64,000 nt of DNA from an uncultured Chloroflexia bacterium (lineage in GTDB: Bacteria > Chloroflexota > Dehalococcoidia > Dehalococcoidales > UBA2162): assembly GCA_963735055.1 (NCBI GenBank), contig CAVTJN010000005.1, forward strand, positions 5,804-69,803, written 5' to 3'. Position 1 is the stretch's first letter. The number at the start of each line of letters is the position of its first letter. Below, one piece after another: positions 28,254-38,603 of the stretch. Made by a program: the position numbers and the translations under genes. The notes under the pieces are model-generated. The model worked only from the letters and a program-made list of their open reading frames with translations. It searched no databases and was not told where the DNA came from.

Positions 28254-30065
28254 CTACTTTCCCATGCTTTCTTTCACGCCCTTGTCGACCCAAAAATAGT
28301 TGATGAAGCTGCTCCCCTGGCCGTAGAAATTCTTCACCCACGGCCACCATATGGTGTAGATGTTCGGTGACGGCCGCGGGATGTAAAAGACCTGCTCCAG
28401 GACGTATGGTTTAAGTTCCTGGTACGCTTTGTACGCCCTGGGCGTATCGACGAAGATGTACTTCTGGAGATCCTGGTAGCGTTGTTCGACATATGGATCG
28501 CTTCCCGGAGGGTCGTTCACGTAGCTGGAGTTGAAGGTGCTCGTACCCCTGAGGCCGGAGAGAAATAGCTGAATGGAAAACGTCTGGAACATGCTGCGAT
28601 AGACCATGTCCTCGTGCGCCCGTTTGGCATTGAGGGCGGTGTAGACGCCGGTCTCTTTAGGCTCGATGGTCAGGTCGATGCCAACCTTGGCCCACATGCC
28701 TTTGAAGATAGACAACTCATCAACGCGTTCGGCAGTGCTGGGTGAAACCACGGAGGTCTTGAAGCCATTGGGGTATCCGGCGTCTTTCAAGAGTTGTTTA
28801 GCCTTGTCCGGATTGTACTTGAAGAGGTCCTGGACGGCCTGAGGCGTCTTGTCCAAGGGCAGGTATAGGGCGCTCACCAGCTTACTCACCGGGTAGATGT
28901 CGACGTCCGCCTGACCTTTGAAGAAGTCTCGATTGATAGCCTCGAAGTCGGTCGCCAACATCAGCGCCTGGCGCACCCGAATATCATGGAAAGGCTTTTG
29001 TGGGTTGTCCCGGCGCATGCCGATGACCCACGGCTGCCCGGTGAGGTAGGACATTGACTGTAGCTTGGGATTGGCTGTGGTCAGAGTTTGCCAGTCCTCA
29101 AAGACGATGTTGGCTGCGTAGTCGAGCTTGCCGGTACGGAGGGCGGCCAGCTGGGTGGAAAGATCAGTGATGACCAGTTGCTTGAAGATGTCCACGTAGG
29201 GCAACTGGCTGCCCTTACCCGGACCGAGAGGGTCCTTCTCCCAATAGTCAGGGTTTCGGCCAAAGGTGAGCGAGCTGTTCTCGACATAGTCAAGGAGCAT
29301 GAAAGGTCCGGTACCAACCGCATTGCGCCAATCTGCCAGGTTGCCGTACTTGGCAACCACTTCGCGCGGATAGACGCGAAATGATCCGGCGCCGTGGACC
29401 AGCCATAAGAACGAGGTCCAGGGGTCCACCGGTGTCTTGATGGTGACTTCCCAAGGGGCGGTCTTTTCAAAGGTGGCGGTCTTGGCGACGGCGGGCTGGC
29501 TGGCCATCAGCCACGATTCAGGCGATTCCACCTGCCGTTTGAAGCTATAGACGACATCATCGGCGGTCATTTCCCGGCCATTCATGATCCGTCCGGCGTC
29601 ACTATTGACCTTTTGCCAGTGGACTCCCTGGCGTATTTGCAGGACCCACACGCCCGGCTCAGGCATCTTCCATCCGGCCGCCAGGGCGGGACCTTGATGA
29701 TCCTCCACGGAACTGCCACCGGAAACGAAGTTGGTGACACCGCTGCCGGCCGGCCCTCTCGTCCAGTCCAGCTGCAACAGCTGTTGATTGACGTAGGTGT
29801 TGGTAGCGCTGCCGGCGCGGTTCAGACAAGTGTCGAAATTGGTGATCGGAGCATCGGGTACCGTGGTGATGGTACCGCCATACTGCGGCTTTTCAACCGC
29901 GGGCGTTGTCGTAGCCGGAGCGGATGTGGTACCGGCAGGTGGGGAGGTCGTGTTTGTGGCGGGTGGCGAGGTGGTCGTCTGGTTTGCCTGTGTGCCGCAC
30001 GAGACCAGGACTAGCGCCGCAATACTGGCAAACACGAGCGATAGCAACACAATTCTCCGTTTCAT
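28254..30065 (-). CDS. Family-5 substrate-binding lipoprotein (tandem paralogue)
   Basis: Start taken at MKRRIVLLSLVFASIAALVLVSCGT after an AGGAGGGG Shine-Dalgarno site (the track ORF extends to 30143). The C-terminal half appears ~75-80% identical to the 26268-28098 protein by eye. Confidence 0.9.
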   Translation of the reverse strand: MKRRIVLLSLVFASIAALVLVSCGTQANQTTTSPPATNTTSPPAGTTSAPATTTPAVEKPQYGGTITTVPDAPITNFDTCLNRAGSATNTYVNQQLLQLDWTRGPAGSGVTNFVSGGSSVEDHQGPALAAGWKMPEPGVWVLQIRQGVHWQKVNSDAGRIMNGREMTADDVVYSFKRQVESPESWLMASQPAVAKTATFEKTAPWEVTIKTPVDPWTSFLWLVHGAGSFRVYPREVVAKYGNLADWRNAVGTGPFMLLDYVENSSLTFGRNPDYWEKDPLGPGKGSQLPYVDIFKQLVITDLSTQLAALRTGKLDYAANIVFEDWQTLTTANPKLQSMSYLTGQPWVIGMRRDNPQKPFHDIRVRQALMLATDFEAINRDFFKGQADVDIYPVSKLVSALYLPLDKTPQAVQDLFKYNPDKAKQLLKDAGYPNGFKTSVVSPSTAERVDELSIFKGMWAKVGIDLTIEPKETGVYTALNAKRAHEDMVYRSMFQTFSIQLFLSGLRGTSTFNSSYVNDPPGSDPYVEQRYQDLQKYIFVDTPRAYKAYQELKPYVLEQVFYIPRPSPNIYTIWWPWVKNFYGQGSSFINYFWVDKGVKESMGK

Positions 30066-30194
30066 CTGTAACCCCTCCTGTTGTGATTGTTCAGAGACCA
30101 AGACGTGGCGGCTGATTCCTTGTCGCCGACTCCAACCTGGCACCTCAATATCCTTTATCTCATGTACGCGCCAACCACCTTAAACAACCCGCTC

Positions 30195-30208
30195 AACGGA
30201 GCTCCGTT
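30195..30208. promoter_or_regulatory. Perfect 14-bp palindrome AACGGAGCTCCGTT in the leader of the SBP gene; a candidate operator
   Basis: Self-complementary sequence located between the minus-strand promoter (30282-30310) and the SBP start (30065). Confidence 0.35.
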
Positions 30209-30281
30209 ATCCCAATCATCCGCTTTGCCATGACGCCGATAGTATTGAAATAGTCTTTCATTTCCTGTGGAATCTGCTGGC

Positions 30282-30310
30282 ATTATAGGGCCGAATCATG
30301 ATGGTGTCAA
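30282..30310 (-). promoter_or_regulatory. Perfect consensus sigma70 promoter TTGACA-N17-TATAAT (minus strand) directed at the SBP gene at 30065
   Basis: The reverse complement reads TTGACAccatcatgattcggcccTATAAT. Confidence 0.65.
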
Positions 30311-30333
30311 TATGCTGGATCGAGAGAAAGCCG

Positions 30334-30362
30334 TTGACACAGCATGAACATTACCCTATAAT
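30334..30362 (+). promoter_or_regulatory. Perfect consensus sigma70 promoter TTGACA-N17-TATAAT directed at the IclR gene
   Basis: TTGACAcagcatgaacattacccTATAAT. The ATG at 30395 lies 32 nt downstream, with no obvious Shine-Dalgarno site. Confidence 0.65.
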
Positions 30363-30394
30363 CCAATGAAAATGAAAACATATTTCAAATCATA

Positions 30395-31156
30395 ATGGAA
30401 AACGTTTCGGTGACCGTTAACAAGGCGATAGACATACTGGAGGTTTTCCTGCAGAGGGAGGGCCAGGTTAGTCTGGCCGAGATCGCGCAGGCAACCGGAC
30501 TCAATGCAGCGACGGCTTTCAGGCTCGTGTCTACGCTCGCCCGAAGAGGCTACATCCGGCAACCCCAGAAGAAAGGGGCGTACCTGCTTGGCTTGAGGAT
30601 GCTCGATTTCAACTACGCGGTGAGGCGGAACCTGAAATACATAGACCTGGCGTATCTGGCGATGAGCAAGCTCAGCAAAGAGCAGAATGCGTCGGTCTAC
30701 ATGGCTGCTCTGGATGCGGACCAGGCGCTGATCATAGAGGAGGTCGGAGTCACCGAGGACCTGAGGATCAACTCTCCGGTCGGAAAGAGACTGCCTTTAC
30801 ACTGCACAGCGTGCGGCAAAGTGCTGCTGGCGGCGTTGTCCGAAGAGGAACGGCAAGCGTACTACTACAGGAACACGCTTCAATCGCTTACCACGAATAC
30901 GATTACCGACGTGGAACGGCTTGATCAGGAACTGGCGAGAGTGAGGCTGGAAGGTGTCGCTTTCGACAACGAAGAATACAGGATGGGCCTGTGGATAGCG
31001 GCCTCGCCGGTGTATGACGGCAGGCGGAGTGTGGTGGCGGCGGTCGGCATAATGGTCCCCACTTCAGATATCAACGCGGAGAGCAGTCAGAGACTCGCGA
31101 CGGCCATCAAGAGCTGCACGGCAATGATATCGCAGATCGTGGGGCGGGTCAGTTGA
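30395..31156 (+). CDS. IclR family transcriptional regulator
   Basis: N-terminal wHTH (LAEIAQATGLNAATAFRLVSTLARRGYI) plus a C-terminal IclR effector domain, 253 aa. Confidence 0.9.
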   Translation: MENVSVTVNKAIDILEVFLQREGQVSLAEIAQATGLNAATAFRLVSTLARRGYIRQPQKKGAYLLGLRMLDFNYAVRRNLKYIDLAYLAMSKLSKEQNASVYMAALDADQALIIEEVGVTEDLRINSPVGKRLPLHCTACGKVLLAALSEEERQAYYYRNTLQSLTTNTITDVERLDQELARVRLEGVAFDNEEYRMGLWIAASPVYDGRRSVVAAVGIMVPTSDINAESSQRLATAIKSCTAMISQIVGRVS

Positions 31157-31223
31157 ACTCTGGCGGAACGTGGTCGCAACCCGGTTGAGCCGGGAACACT
31201 AGTAGAAGCGGGAGGATAGACAC

Positions 31224-32603
31224 TTGGCCATGACAGTCAATACGAAGACCTATCGGGAACCAGCGAAAGACATCAAGGTATGCGCTGAGGCAGATGTGGT
31301 GGTGGTGGGCGGAGGGCCGGGGGGACATTCGGCGGCTATTGCGGCGGCGCGCAATGGCGCTCGTACCGTACTTCTGGAAAGATACGGCCACCTGGGCGGT
31401 ATGGCCACCGGCGGAATCGTGATTCAGATACCGCACATGAGTGATGGTTCGGAGCAGCAGCAGATTGCCGGGCTCTGCCAGGAATGGATCGACCGGCTCG
31501 AGCCAATTGGCGGCGTTCTGGTCCCACGCCGCGAGGACAAAGGCTCAACCGACGAGAAGCTGGTGTCGCGGTGGCGCCGCTTCATGGGCAATGTCAACCG
31601 GGGCCGGATCGAGTACACCGCGTGGGTGGACCCGGAGCTTCTGAAGTGCGTGTTGAATGACATGGTGGAAGAAGCAGGGGTGAAACTATATCTACATTCC
31701 TGGGGAGCGCGGGCGATTGCCGAAGACAACCGCGTGAAGGGCATTGTCTTTGAAAGCAAGTCAGGACGGCAGGCGGTGCTTGGCAAGGTGATCATCGACG
31801 GCACTGGCGACGGGGACCTGTTGCCGTCTTCCGGGGCGGAGTCCTATGAAGCATTCGATCCCAAGCTGCGAAGCTCGATGCTGGCTCTGGTCTTCCGGAT
31901 TGGGAATTGCGACTACCAGAAGCTTTGTGATTTCAAGGAAACGCAACCGGATAAGTACGCCGAACTCATGAAACAACTCGCCACCGAGGCGGGCACGCGC
32001 CTGCTGCCCCTTCCATCTCCCCGCAACGACGTACTGTGGGTGAACAACTGGATCCCCGGTCTCGACTGCACGAAGGTAGAGGACCTGACGAAGCTGGAAG
32101 TGGACATGCGCAAAGTGATGCGTCGGGGGCATGACTTCATGAAGAAGAACATCCCGACCTTCGAGAACAGCTTCATCCTCGATACGGCGTCGCAAACGGG
32201 GACAAGAGGCTCCCGTCGGCTCGTTGGCGAGTTTACGCTCACAAAAGAAACGGTCAACTCGGGGACGATCTACGAAGACACCGTGGCGGTGATTCCGCGA
32301 CTCGGACCGGCATCCGGAGGGAGTCCCTTTGTTTACTTCCCCTACCGCGCCCTGGTCCCGAAAAAGGTCGAGGGATTCCTGGTGGCCGGACGCAGCTTCT
32401 CGTCTGACGATGCCGCCAATGACAGCATTAATCTTATCCCGCACTGCATTGCCATGGGAGAGGCCGCCGGAACTGCGGCCGCGCTCGCCGTAAGACAGGG
32501 TATAAACCCGAGACAAGTGGAATACCGGACGCTCCAGGAACGATTGATGGACAGGGGCGTGCCTTTGCCCGGGGTAAAGACGGCAACGAAAGCAATGAAG
32601 TAG
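31224..32603 (+). CDS. FAD-dependent oxidoreductase (FAD_oxidored/GIDA-like Rossmann fold)
   Basis: DVVVVGGGPGGHSAAIAAARNGARTVLLERYGHLGGMATGG dinucleotide-binding motif. Substrate unknown. Confidence 0.8.
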   Translation: MAMTVNTKTYREPAKDIKVCAEADVVVVGGGPGGHSAAIAAARNGARTVLLERYGHLGGMATGGIVIQIPHMSDGSEQQQIAGLCQEWIDRLEPIGGVLVPRREDKGSTDEKLVSRWRRFMGNVNRGRIEYTAWVDPELLKCVLNDMVEEAGVKLYLHSWGARAIAEDNRVKGIVFESKSGRQAVLGKVIIDGTGDGDLLPSSGAESYEAFDPKLRSSMLALVFRIGNCDYQKLCDFKETQPDKYAELMKQLATEAGTRLLPLPSPRNDVLWVNNWIPGLDCTKVEDLTKLEVDMRKVMRRGHDFMKKNIPTFENSFILDTASQTGTRGSRRLVGEFTLTKETVNSGTIYEDTVAVIPRLGPASGGSPFVYFPYRALVPKKVEGFLVAGRSFSSDDAANDSINLIPHCIAMGEAAGTAAALAVRQGINPRQVEYRTLQERLMDRGVPLPGVKTATKAMK

Positions 32604-32850
32604 CCGAGTTTTAAAGAGCGAGCGGAGGCATAAGACATCTGATCCAGAACCCATGACTTGCCAGATGCAGAAAAGGGAGGTCACGGGGTAGGGTGTCAAG
32701 TGAGTCCAGCGTCGTTCTCTTGATGACGAAAGGTTGGCCTAAACTCGATTCCCTGGCAAGTGGGTCGTTGCAGCGCTCGGATTAGTTGCGATCGACTTCG
32801 GCGAGGTCATCGATGACCCAGCCGGGACATTGGCAATGGAGGTGAATGCG

Positions 32851-33879
32851 ATGGCATTCAAAGTCGTCTATACCAGTGTGCCCCCGATCAAGATAGACGG
32901 TGAAGCGCTGCTGAGGCTTGGGGTGGATTACGTCGAACAGCCAGCGCCCGCGGAGGAAGATCTCATTGCCGTCGCCTCCGACGCGGATGCCCTGATCGCC
33001 AGAAGCGAGCCCTGTACTGGAAAAGTAGTCAGAAGTCTCCGGTCGTGCCGGCTCATCTTCACGCCAAAGGTGGGCTTTGAGAATATCGACGTAGCGGCCG
33101 CCACGGAGATGGGCATCTGCGTGGCCAACATGCCCGGCCTTTCGGCAGATGAAGTGTCTGATCACGCCATGGCTCTGCTGTTGTCTCTTGCCAGGAAGCT
33201 CTTCGGACTGGAGCGGACGGTCCGGGGGGGACAGTGGAAGGCCTTTCACGGTCCGGAGATGCAGGCCATATGGCAAGGAATCCCCCGGGTCCGGGGGCAA
33301 ACTCTGGGGCTGATAGGCTTCGGCTCCATTGCCCGAACCCTCACCCCCAAGGCGCAGGCCTTCGGACTGAGAGTGCTGGCCCACGACCCGTACGTTCCTT
33401 CCGAACTCATGAACGGCTTGGGCGTATTATCCGTGGACCTCACCGAATTGCTGAAGCAGTCGGACTACGTCTCTGTCCATTCTGTCCTTACCCCGGCCAC
33501 TCGTCACCTGCTGGGCCTGGCCCAATTCCAAATGATGAAGCCCACGGCCTATATCATCAATGCATCTCGCGGCGCTATCCTGGACGAAGAAGCGCTGTTC
33601 GTAGCGCTGAAACGAGGATACATTGCAGGCGCGGGACTGGATGTATTGGAAGTAGAGCCCATCAGAATGGACAATCGGCTCCTGGGGCTTGACAACGTCA
33701 TACTCACCGGCCACTCTGCGCATTACTCTGACCAGGTCTGGGCGGAACAAGCCCGGAGACCGGCGGAAGAAGTGGCCAGGATACTCCGCGGCGAATGGCC
33801 CAGGGGGTGGGTCAATCCCCAGGTGGAGGCGAGGTTCCTCGCCAGGTGGCCGCGTCTTGGGGGCCGGCTCCTGTCATAG
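32851..33879 (+). CDS. D-isomer-specific 2-hydroxyacid dehydrogenase family protein
   Basis: GLIGFGSIA NAD motif and the catalytic triad context INASRGAI / LDVLEVEP / LTGHSAH. Start chosen at MAFKVV after GGAGGTG (the track ORF starts at 32830). Confidence 0.85.
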   Translation: MAFKVVYTSVPPIKIDGEALLRLGVDYVEQPAPAEEDLIAVASDADALIARSEPCTGKVVRSLRSCRLIFTPKVGFENIDVAAATEMGICVANMPGLSADEVSDHAMALLLSLARKLFGLERTVRGGQWKAFHGPEMQAIWQGIPRVRGQTLGLIGFGSIARTLTPKAQAFGLRVLAHDPYVPSELMNGLGVLSVDLTELLKQSDYVSVHSVLTPATRHLLGLAQFQMMKPTAYIINASRGAILDEEALFVALKRGYIAGAGLDVLEVEPIRMDNRLLGLDNVILTGHSAHYSDQVWAEQARRPAEEVARILRGEWPRGWVNPQVEARFLARWPRLGGRLLS

Positions 33880-33891
33880 ACGACTTCTATA

Positions 33892-33920
33892 TTGACATCT
33901 GCAAAGTCCCGTGCTATACT
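33892..33920 (+). promoter_or_regulatory. Promoter TTGACA-N17-(TGc)TATACT, with a ~230-nt leader before the SBP gene
   Basis: TTGACA at 33892-33897 and TATACT at 33915-33920. Confidence 0.6.
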
Positions 33921-34148
33921 CGGAGCACTCCAAATCTGGTGGGACAAGAACTAGATTCATGCACCGCCGCATGATGATTGTGCGTGCGGCGGCTTGCCCT
34001 TCCTGATACATGTACTGCCGGTGGCGTTAGATCATGTCGACGTCCGGCGGCAGTGAGTAGCCATCCAAAGCCGCGCTGGCGCCGGCGTGTCTGGAGTTGC
34101 GCCCGGAGACCAGCGAATTGCGAAGTATTAAAACAGGAGTGAACGACG

Positions 34149-35961
34149 GTGAAGAGGAAGGTTCTGTTTCTGGCCAGTTTCGTTGCGCTGTTCGGGCTAT
34201 TGCTGGCATCATGCGCGCCGGCGGCAAGCTCGACTACTCCACCCAACTCCACGACAACATCACCCCCCACCACCACAACGGCCGCCCCCTCGAAGACGAC
34301 TAGTCCGGCCGATGCGCCCAAATACGGCGGCGTATTCACCTACTGGCTGAAGACTGATCCTATGGGTTTTGACGAAGCTTACTCAGTCCATCCCAACGTT
34401 ACTACCGCGGCCCTGACTCAGGACAAACTGATGATCGGCGACTGGGCGAAGGGCCCGGCCGGCAGCGGCGAGATCGACTGGACGTACGGTTTCATCGGAC
34501 AGCGTTGGCGTGATGACTGGTTCGCTGGCCCAAAGCTGGGAAACGCCGGATGGTCAAACGATCGTATACCATATCCGGCAAGGCGTCCACTTCGCCCTCA
34601 ACCCCAACAGCGAAGCGAGCCGCTTGGTGAATGGCCGCGAAGTCACTGCCGACGACGTCGCATTCAGCATCGACCGGGCGTTCACTTCAAAGACGGCCTA
34701 TCTCTACAGCGCGTACACGTCGGTCGGCAATAACCCCACCTCAATAAAGGCGCTAGACAAGTATACGGTGGAAGTCAAGACAAACCAGGCCATGCATGGC
34801 CTGATGGTGTTGGTCTGCGGAGGCTTCCTCTGGACCTGGCCCCGGGAGGTGATCAACAAGTACGGCGACATGAAGGACTGGCGGAACTCCGCCGGGACCG
34901 GGCCGTTCATGCTCACTGACTACGTTTCCGGCAGCGCCATCACCTTCATACGGAATCGCACCTATTTCGGCAAGGACCCGCTCCACTCGCAGAACCAACT
35001 GCCCTACTTGGACGGCGTCAAAATGCTGATCATACCGGACATATCTACGTATCTGGCCGCGCTGCGCACCGGGAAGCTTGATATGTTGCCGGCGGTCCAA
35101 TGGGAAGACGCCGCCTCGCTGATCAAGACCAATCCGGACCTAAAATACCACACGCGCTATCAGACTCCGACTTTCCCGGTTGGTCGCGTCGACAAGCAGG
35201 ACCTGCCCTTTAAGGACATCAAGGTCCGTCAGGCTCTGAACATGGCAATCGACAAGCAAGCTATCCTTAAATCCTACTTTGGTGGCCACGCGGCACTTCT
35301 GGGCTATCCCTGGCCGCCAACCAAGACATACGACGCGATCTACACTCCGCTTGAACAGCAGTCTCAGGCGGTAAAGGACCTGTTCACCTACGATCCAGTC
35401 AAGGCCAAGCAACTTCTGGCAGATGCAGGCTTTCCTAACGGGTTCGTCACCCACATCGTCTGCGACGGCACTTCCACTCAGCCGGACATGCTGTCCATCG
35501 TGCGGGAGCAACTACTCAAAATCGGCGTTGACATGCAGATCCAGCCCAAAGAAGCCGGAGTTTTCACGTCCATTACGAGGGGCAGGACCCACGAAGAGAT
35601 GGTCATGAAGAACGCGGTAGACTATTCGTTTCCGTTCCGCATGCTGATGGTGCGGAAGGAGAGCTTTGATGACCCGGCGTATTTCGAAGCTGATTTTACC
35701 AGACAAGCCTATAACACAGTCAGTCGACTGGTCGGGGTCGATGACGCCACTGTCAACAAAACCCTGAAGGAGGTCGGCAAGTTCAGTCTAGAGCAGGCCT
35801 GGGGCCTCTGGCTTCCAGCCCCCGAAGTGTATGACATGTGGCAGCCGTGGGTGGGCAACTATCACGGAGAGCAGGACGTCGGCTATCTGGCAGGCCCCGC
35901 TAACAGGAATTTGGACTGGGTCTGGATTGACCAGACACTGAAACAGTCAATGGGACGCTAA
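34149..35961 (+). CDS. Family-5 substrate-binding lipoprotein (apparent 1-nt frameshift near 34495-34500)
   Basis: GTG start after AGGAG. Lipobox LLLASCAP. Track ORFs 34149..34733 and 34510..35961 rejoin as ..DWTYGFIG.SVGVMTGSLAQSWETPD.., collinear with the paralogues. Confidence 0.85.
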
Positions 35962-35968
35962 GACTTAG

Positions 35969-36010
35969 CGAGGGAAGTCATCGACAGCTATTGTTCGATG
36001 ACCTCCCTCG
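35969..36010 (+). terminator. 16-bp stem-loop (1 mismatch) between the SBP and CoA-transferase genes, with no T-tract; possibly an attenuator or RNA-stability element
   Basis: CGAGGGAAGTCATCGA (35969-35984) pairs with TCGATGACCTCCCTCG (35995-36010). Confidence 0.4.
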
Positions 36011-36033
36011 AATTGTGAAGGGCGAGCCGAGTT

Positions 36034-37275
36034 ATGCCAGAATCGGACATGCTGAACCCGTACCGAGTCTTGGATCTGACTGACGAGAAGGGTCTTCTCT
36101 GCGGTAAGATCATGGCCGATCTCGGGGCGGACGTCGTGAAGGTGGAGCGGCCGGGAGGAGACGCGGCACGCTCGATCGGACCTTTCTACCACGATGATCC
36201 GGACCCCGAGAAAAGCCTCTTCTGGTTAGCCTTCAACACAAACAAGCGGGGAATCACACTCGACATCGAGACAGCAGACGGGCGCGACATTTTCAGGAAG
36301 CTGGTCACGACTGCTGACGTGGTAGTGGAAAGCTTCCCGCCGGGACATATGGAAGAGTTGGGTCTGGGGTATTCGGCTCTGGAGAAGATCAACCGGCGAG
36401 TGATCCTGGTGTCCATCAGCCCGTTTGGACAGACGGGGGCATACAAGGCCTACAAAGCGCCGGATATTGTCGCCTGGGCGATGGGCGGCTACATGTACTC
36501 GGTAGGTGATGCGGACCGGGCGCCGGTACGCATCAGCCACCACTCTCAGGCGTACCTTCATGCCGGCGGGCAGGCGGCCCAGGGAGCGCTGCTGGCGCTC
36601 TACGGCCGCGAGTTAAGGGGTGTTGGCCAGCACGTGGACGTCTCAATACGGGACTCGATTACAAGGTGCACGCCGGAAAGGATCACGGAGGCGTGGGATT
36701 TCCGGAAGGTAATAACGCGCAGGGGCGGTTCGGGGGCTACTCTCCAGGTGAAGCGGACCTGGCCGTGCAAAGACGGATACGTGTCGGCATTCTTCTGGTC
36801 CGGGCCGGATGCCAGGCGATGGAACTCGCCGCTGACCAACTGGATGGATAGTGAGGGAATGTCGAACGAATTCATCAGGACCATTGACTGGGACACGTTC
36901 GACATCCAGAAGTTGACCCAGGAGACCTATGACCGCATCGCAGAGCCGGTCGGCAGGTTTTTTATGGCGCACACGAAGGCGGAGTTGCTGGCCGGAGCGG
37001 CAAAACACAAGGCGCAATTGTATCCGCTGTCCACAACCGCCGACATATTGAACAATCCGCAGCTGGCATCCAGGGAGTTTTGGACGGAGATCGAACATAC
37101 CGAACCCGGTACCACGATTACTTATCCGGGCGGGTTCGCAAAGACCTCGGAAGCTCCGCCGAAAGTACGCCGGCGCGCCCCATTGATAGGGGAGCACAAT
37201 ATCGAGATCTACGAAAAGGAATTGGGTATCCCGCGCGACAGGCTGCTGGCGCTGAAACAGATGGGGGCAATTTAG
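36034..37275 (+). CDS. Family III CoA-transferase (CaiB/BaiF family)
   Basis: RVLDLTDEKGLLCGKIMADLGADVVKVERPGGD opening and ~410 aa length are typical of CoA_transf_3. Confidence 0.85.
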   Translation: MPESDMLNPYRVLDLTDEKGLLCGKIMADLGADVVKVERPGGDAARSIGPFYHDDPDPEKSLFWLAFNTNKRGITLDIETADGRDIFRKLVTTADVVVESFPPGHMEELGLGYSALEKINRRVILVSISPFGQTGAYKAYKAPDIVAWAMGGYMYSVGDADRAPVRISHHSQAYLHAGGQAAQGALLALYGRELRGVGQHVDVSIRDSITRCTPERITEAWDFRKVITRRGGSGATLQVKRTWPCKDGYVSAFFWSGPDARRWNSPLTNWMDSEGMSNEFIRTIDWDTFDIQKLTQETYDRIAEPVGRFFMAHTKAELLAGAAKHKAQLYPLSTTADILNNPQLASREFWTEIEHTEPGTTITYPGGFAKTSEAPPKVRRRAPLIGEHNIEIYEKELGIPRDRLLALKQMGAI

Positions 37276-37303
37276 GGCACCGAACAGGAAAGGGTACAGA
37301 CAC

Positions 37304-38497
37304 ATGACAGAGTCGCTGCTCGCGGGAATCAAGGTGGCGGATTTCAGCCGGGTGATCGTAGGTCCGCTGAGCACCAAGACCCTCTGCGATTACGGAGCAG
37401 AGGTGGTAAAGATAGAGGGCAGAAGCAGGCCGGGGCACTATCGGACAACCGGTCCGGAGCCCGACCTCAGCGCGCACTTCACCTCCTGGAACACCGGCAA
37501 ACTCAGCATCGCGGTGAACCTGGCCAAACCGCAGGGCGTGGAATTGGCGAAGAAGATCGTGGCATGGTCGGACGTTGTGGTCGAGAGCTTCGCCGGGGGA
37601 TCGATGCGCAGAATGGGCCTGGGTTACGATGAACTCAGAAAGGTGAAGCCAGACATCATCATGCTGAGTTCGTGCATGCAGGGGCAGACGGGGCCGTTTG
37701 CGTCGCATCCGGGCTGGGGCTTCCAGCTTTCCGGGCTTTCAGGCTTCTGCCACATTGCGGGCTGGCCGGACCGCCCGTCCCCGGAGCTGGGGGTATACAC
37801 CGATTTTGTGGCACCGCACTTCAACGTTTGCGCGATCATGGCCGCCCTGCTGTACCGGCGGCGGACGGGCAGGGGACTCTACATCGACATGTCGCAACTT
37901 GAAAATGCGGTGCAGTTCATGTCACCATTGATTCTGGACTACGCGGTGAACGGCCGGGTAGCCGAAAGAACCGGGAACAAGTGCTCATACGCTGCGCCGC
38001 ACAACGCGTACCGTTGTAGCGGCGACGACCGGTGGTGCGCCATTGCAGTATTCACCGATCAAGAGTGGCAGGCGTTCTGCCGCGTCACGGGGAATCCCTC
38101 CTGGATTACCGACCCGAGGTTCGGCACGCTGCTGGCCAGGAAAGAAAACGAGGGGGAGCTGGACAGGCTGGTGGCGGCATGGACGGCCAATCACACGGCG
38201 GAAGAGGTCATGCGGACGATGCAGGATGCGGGGGTGGCGGCGGGAGTGCTGGAGACCGGGGAGGACCTATTGGAACGTGACCCTCAGATACAGCACCGCC
38301 GGACTTTCCGCGAGGTTGATCATCCCAGGATGGGCAAGCATCACCCGGTGGCCTCGCCCTTTATAATGTCGGCGTCGGCCGACGAAGTGCGGAGAGCCCC
38401 GTTGCTCGGCGAACACAACGAATACGTCCTGAAACAGATCCTGGGCATGTCCGATGAAGAGATTGCCGATCTGGTGATGGCCGGCGCCGTTGAGTGA
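37304..38497 (+). CDS. Family III CoA-transferase (CaiB/BaiF family), second paralogue
   Basis: IKVADFSRVIVGPLSTKTLCDYGAEVVKIEGRSRPG..., 397 aa. Confidence 0.85.
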   Translation: MTESLLAGIKVADFSRVIVGPLSTKTLCDYGAEVVKIEGRSRPGHYRTTGPEPDLSAHFTSWNTGKLSIAVNLAKPQGVELAKKIVAWSDVVVESFAGGSMRRMGLGYDELRKVKPDIIMLSSCMQGQTGPFASHPGWGFQLSGLSGFCHIAGWPDRPSPELGVYTDFVAPHFNVCAIMAALLYRRRTGRGLYIDMSQLENAVQFMSPLILDYAVNGRVAERTGNKCSYAAPHNAYRCSGDDRWCAIAVFTDQEWQAFCRVTGNPSWITDPRFGTLLARKENEGELDRLVAAWTANHTAEEVMRTMQDAGVAAGVLETGEDLLERDPQIQHRRTFREVDHPRMGKHHPVASPFIMSASADEVRRAPLLGEHNEYVLKQILGMSDEEIADLVMAGAVE

Positions 38498-38603
38498 AAC
38501 TCCGGTGACAGATACCGGGACTTAGGACAGAGAAAGTCCCGGATCTCGCGGAGCGCAGACCTACCGAACGTACCCTTGAAGCTAATCAGGGAGGTAGACG
38601 CCC

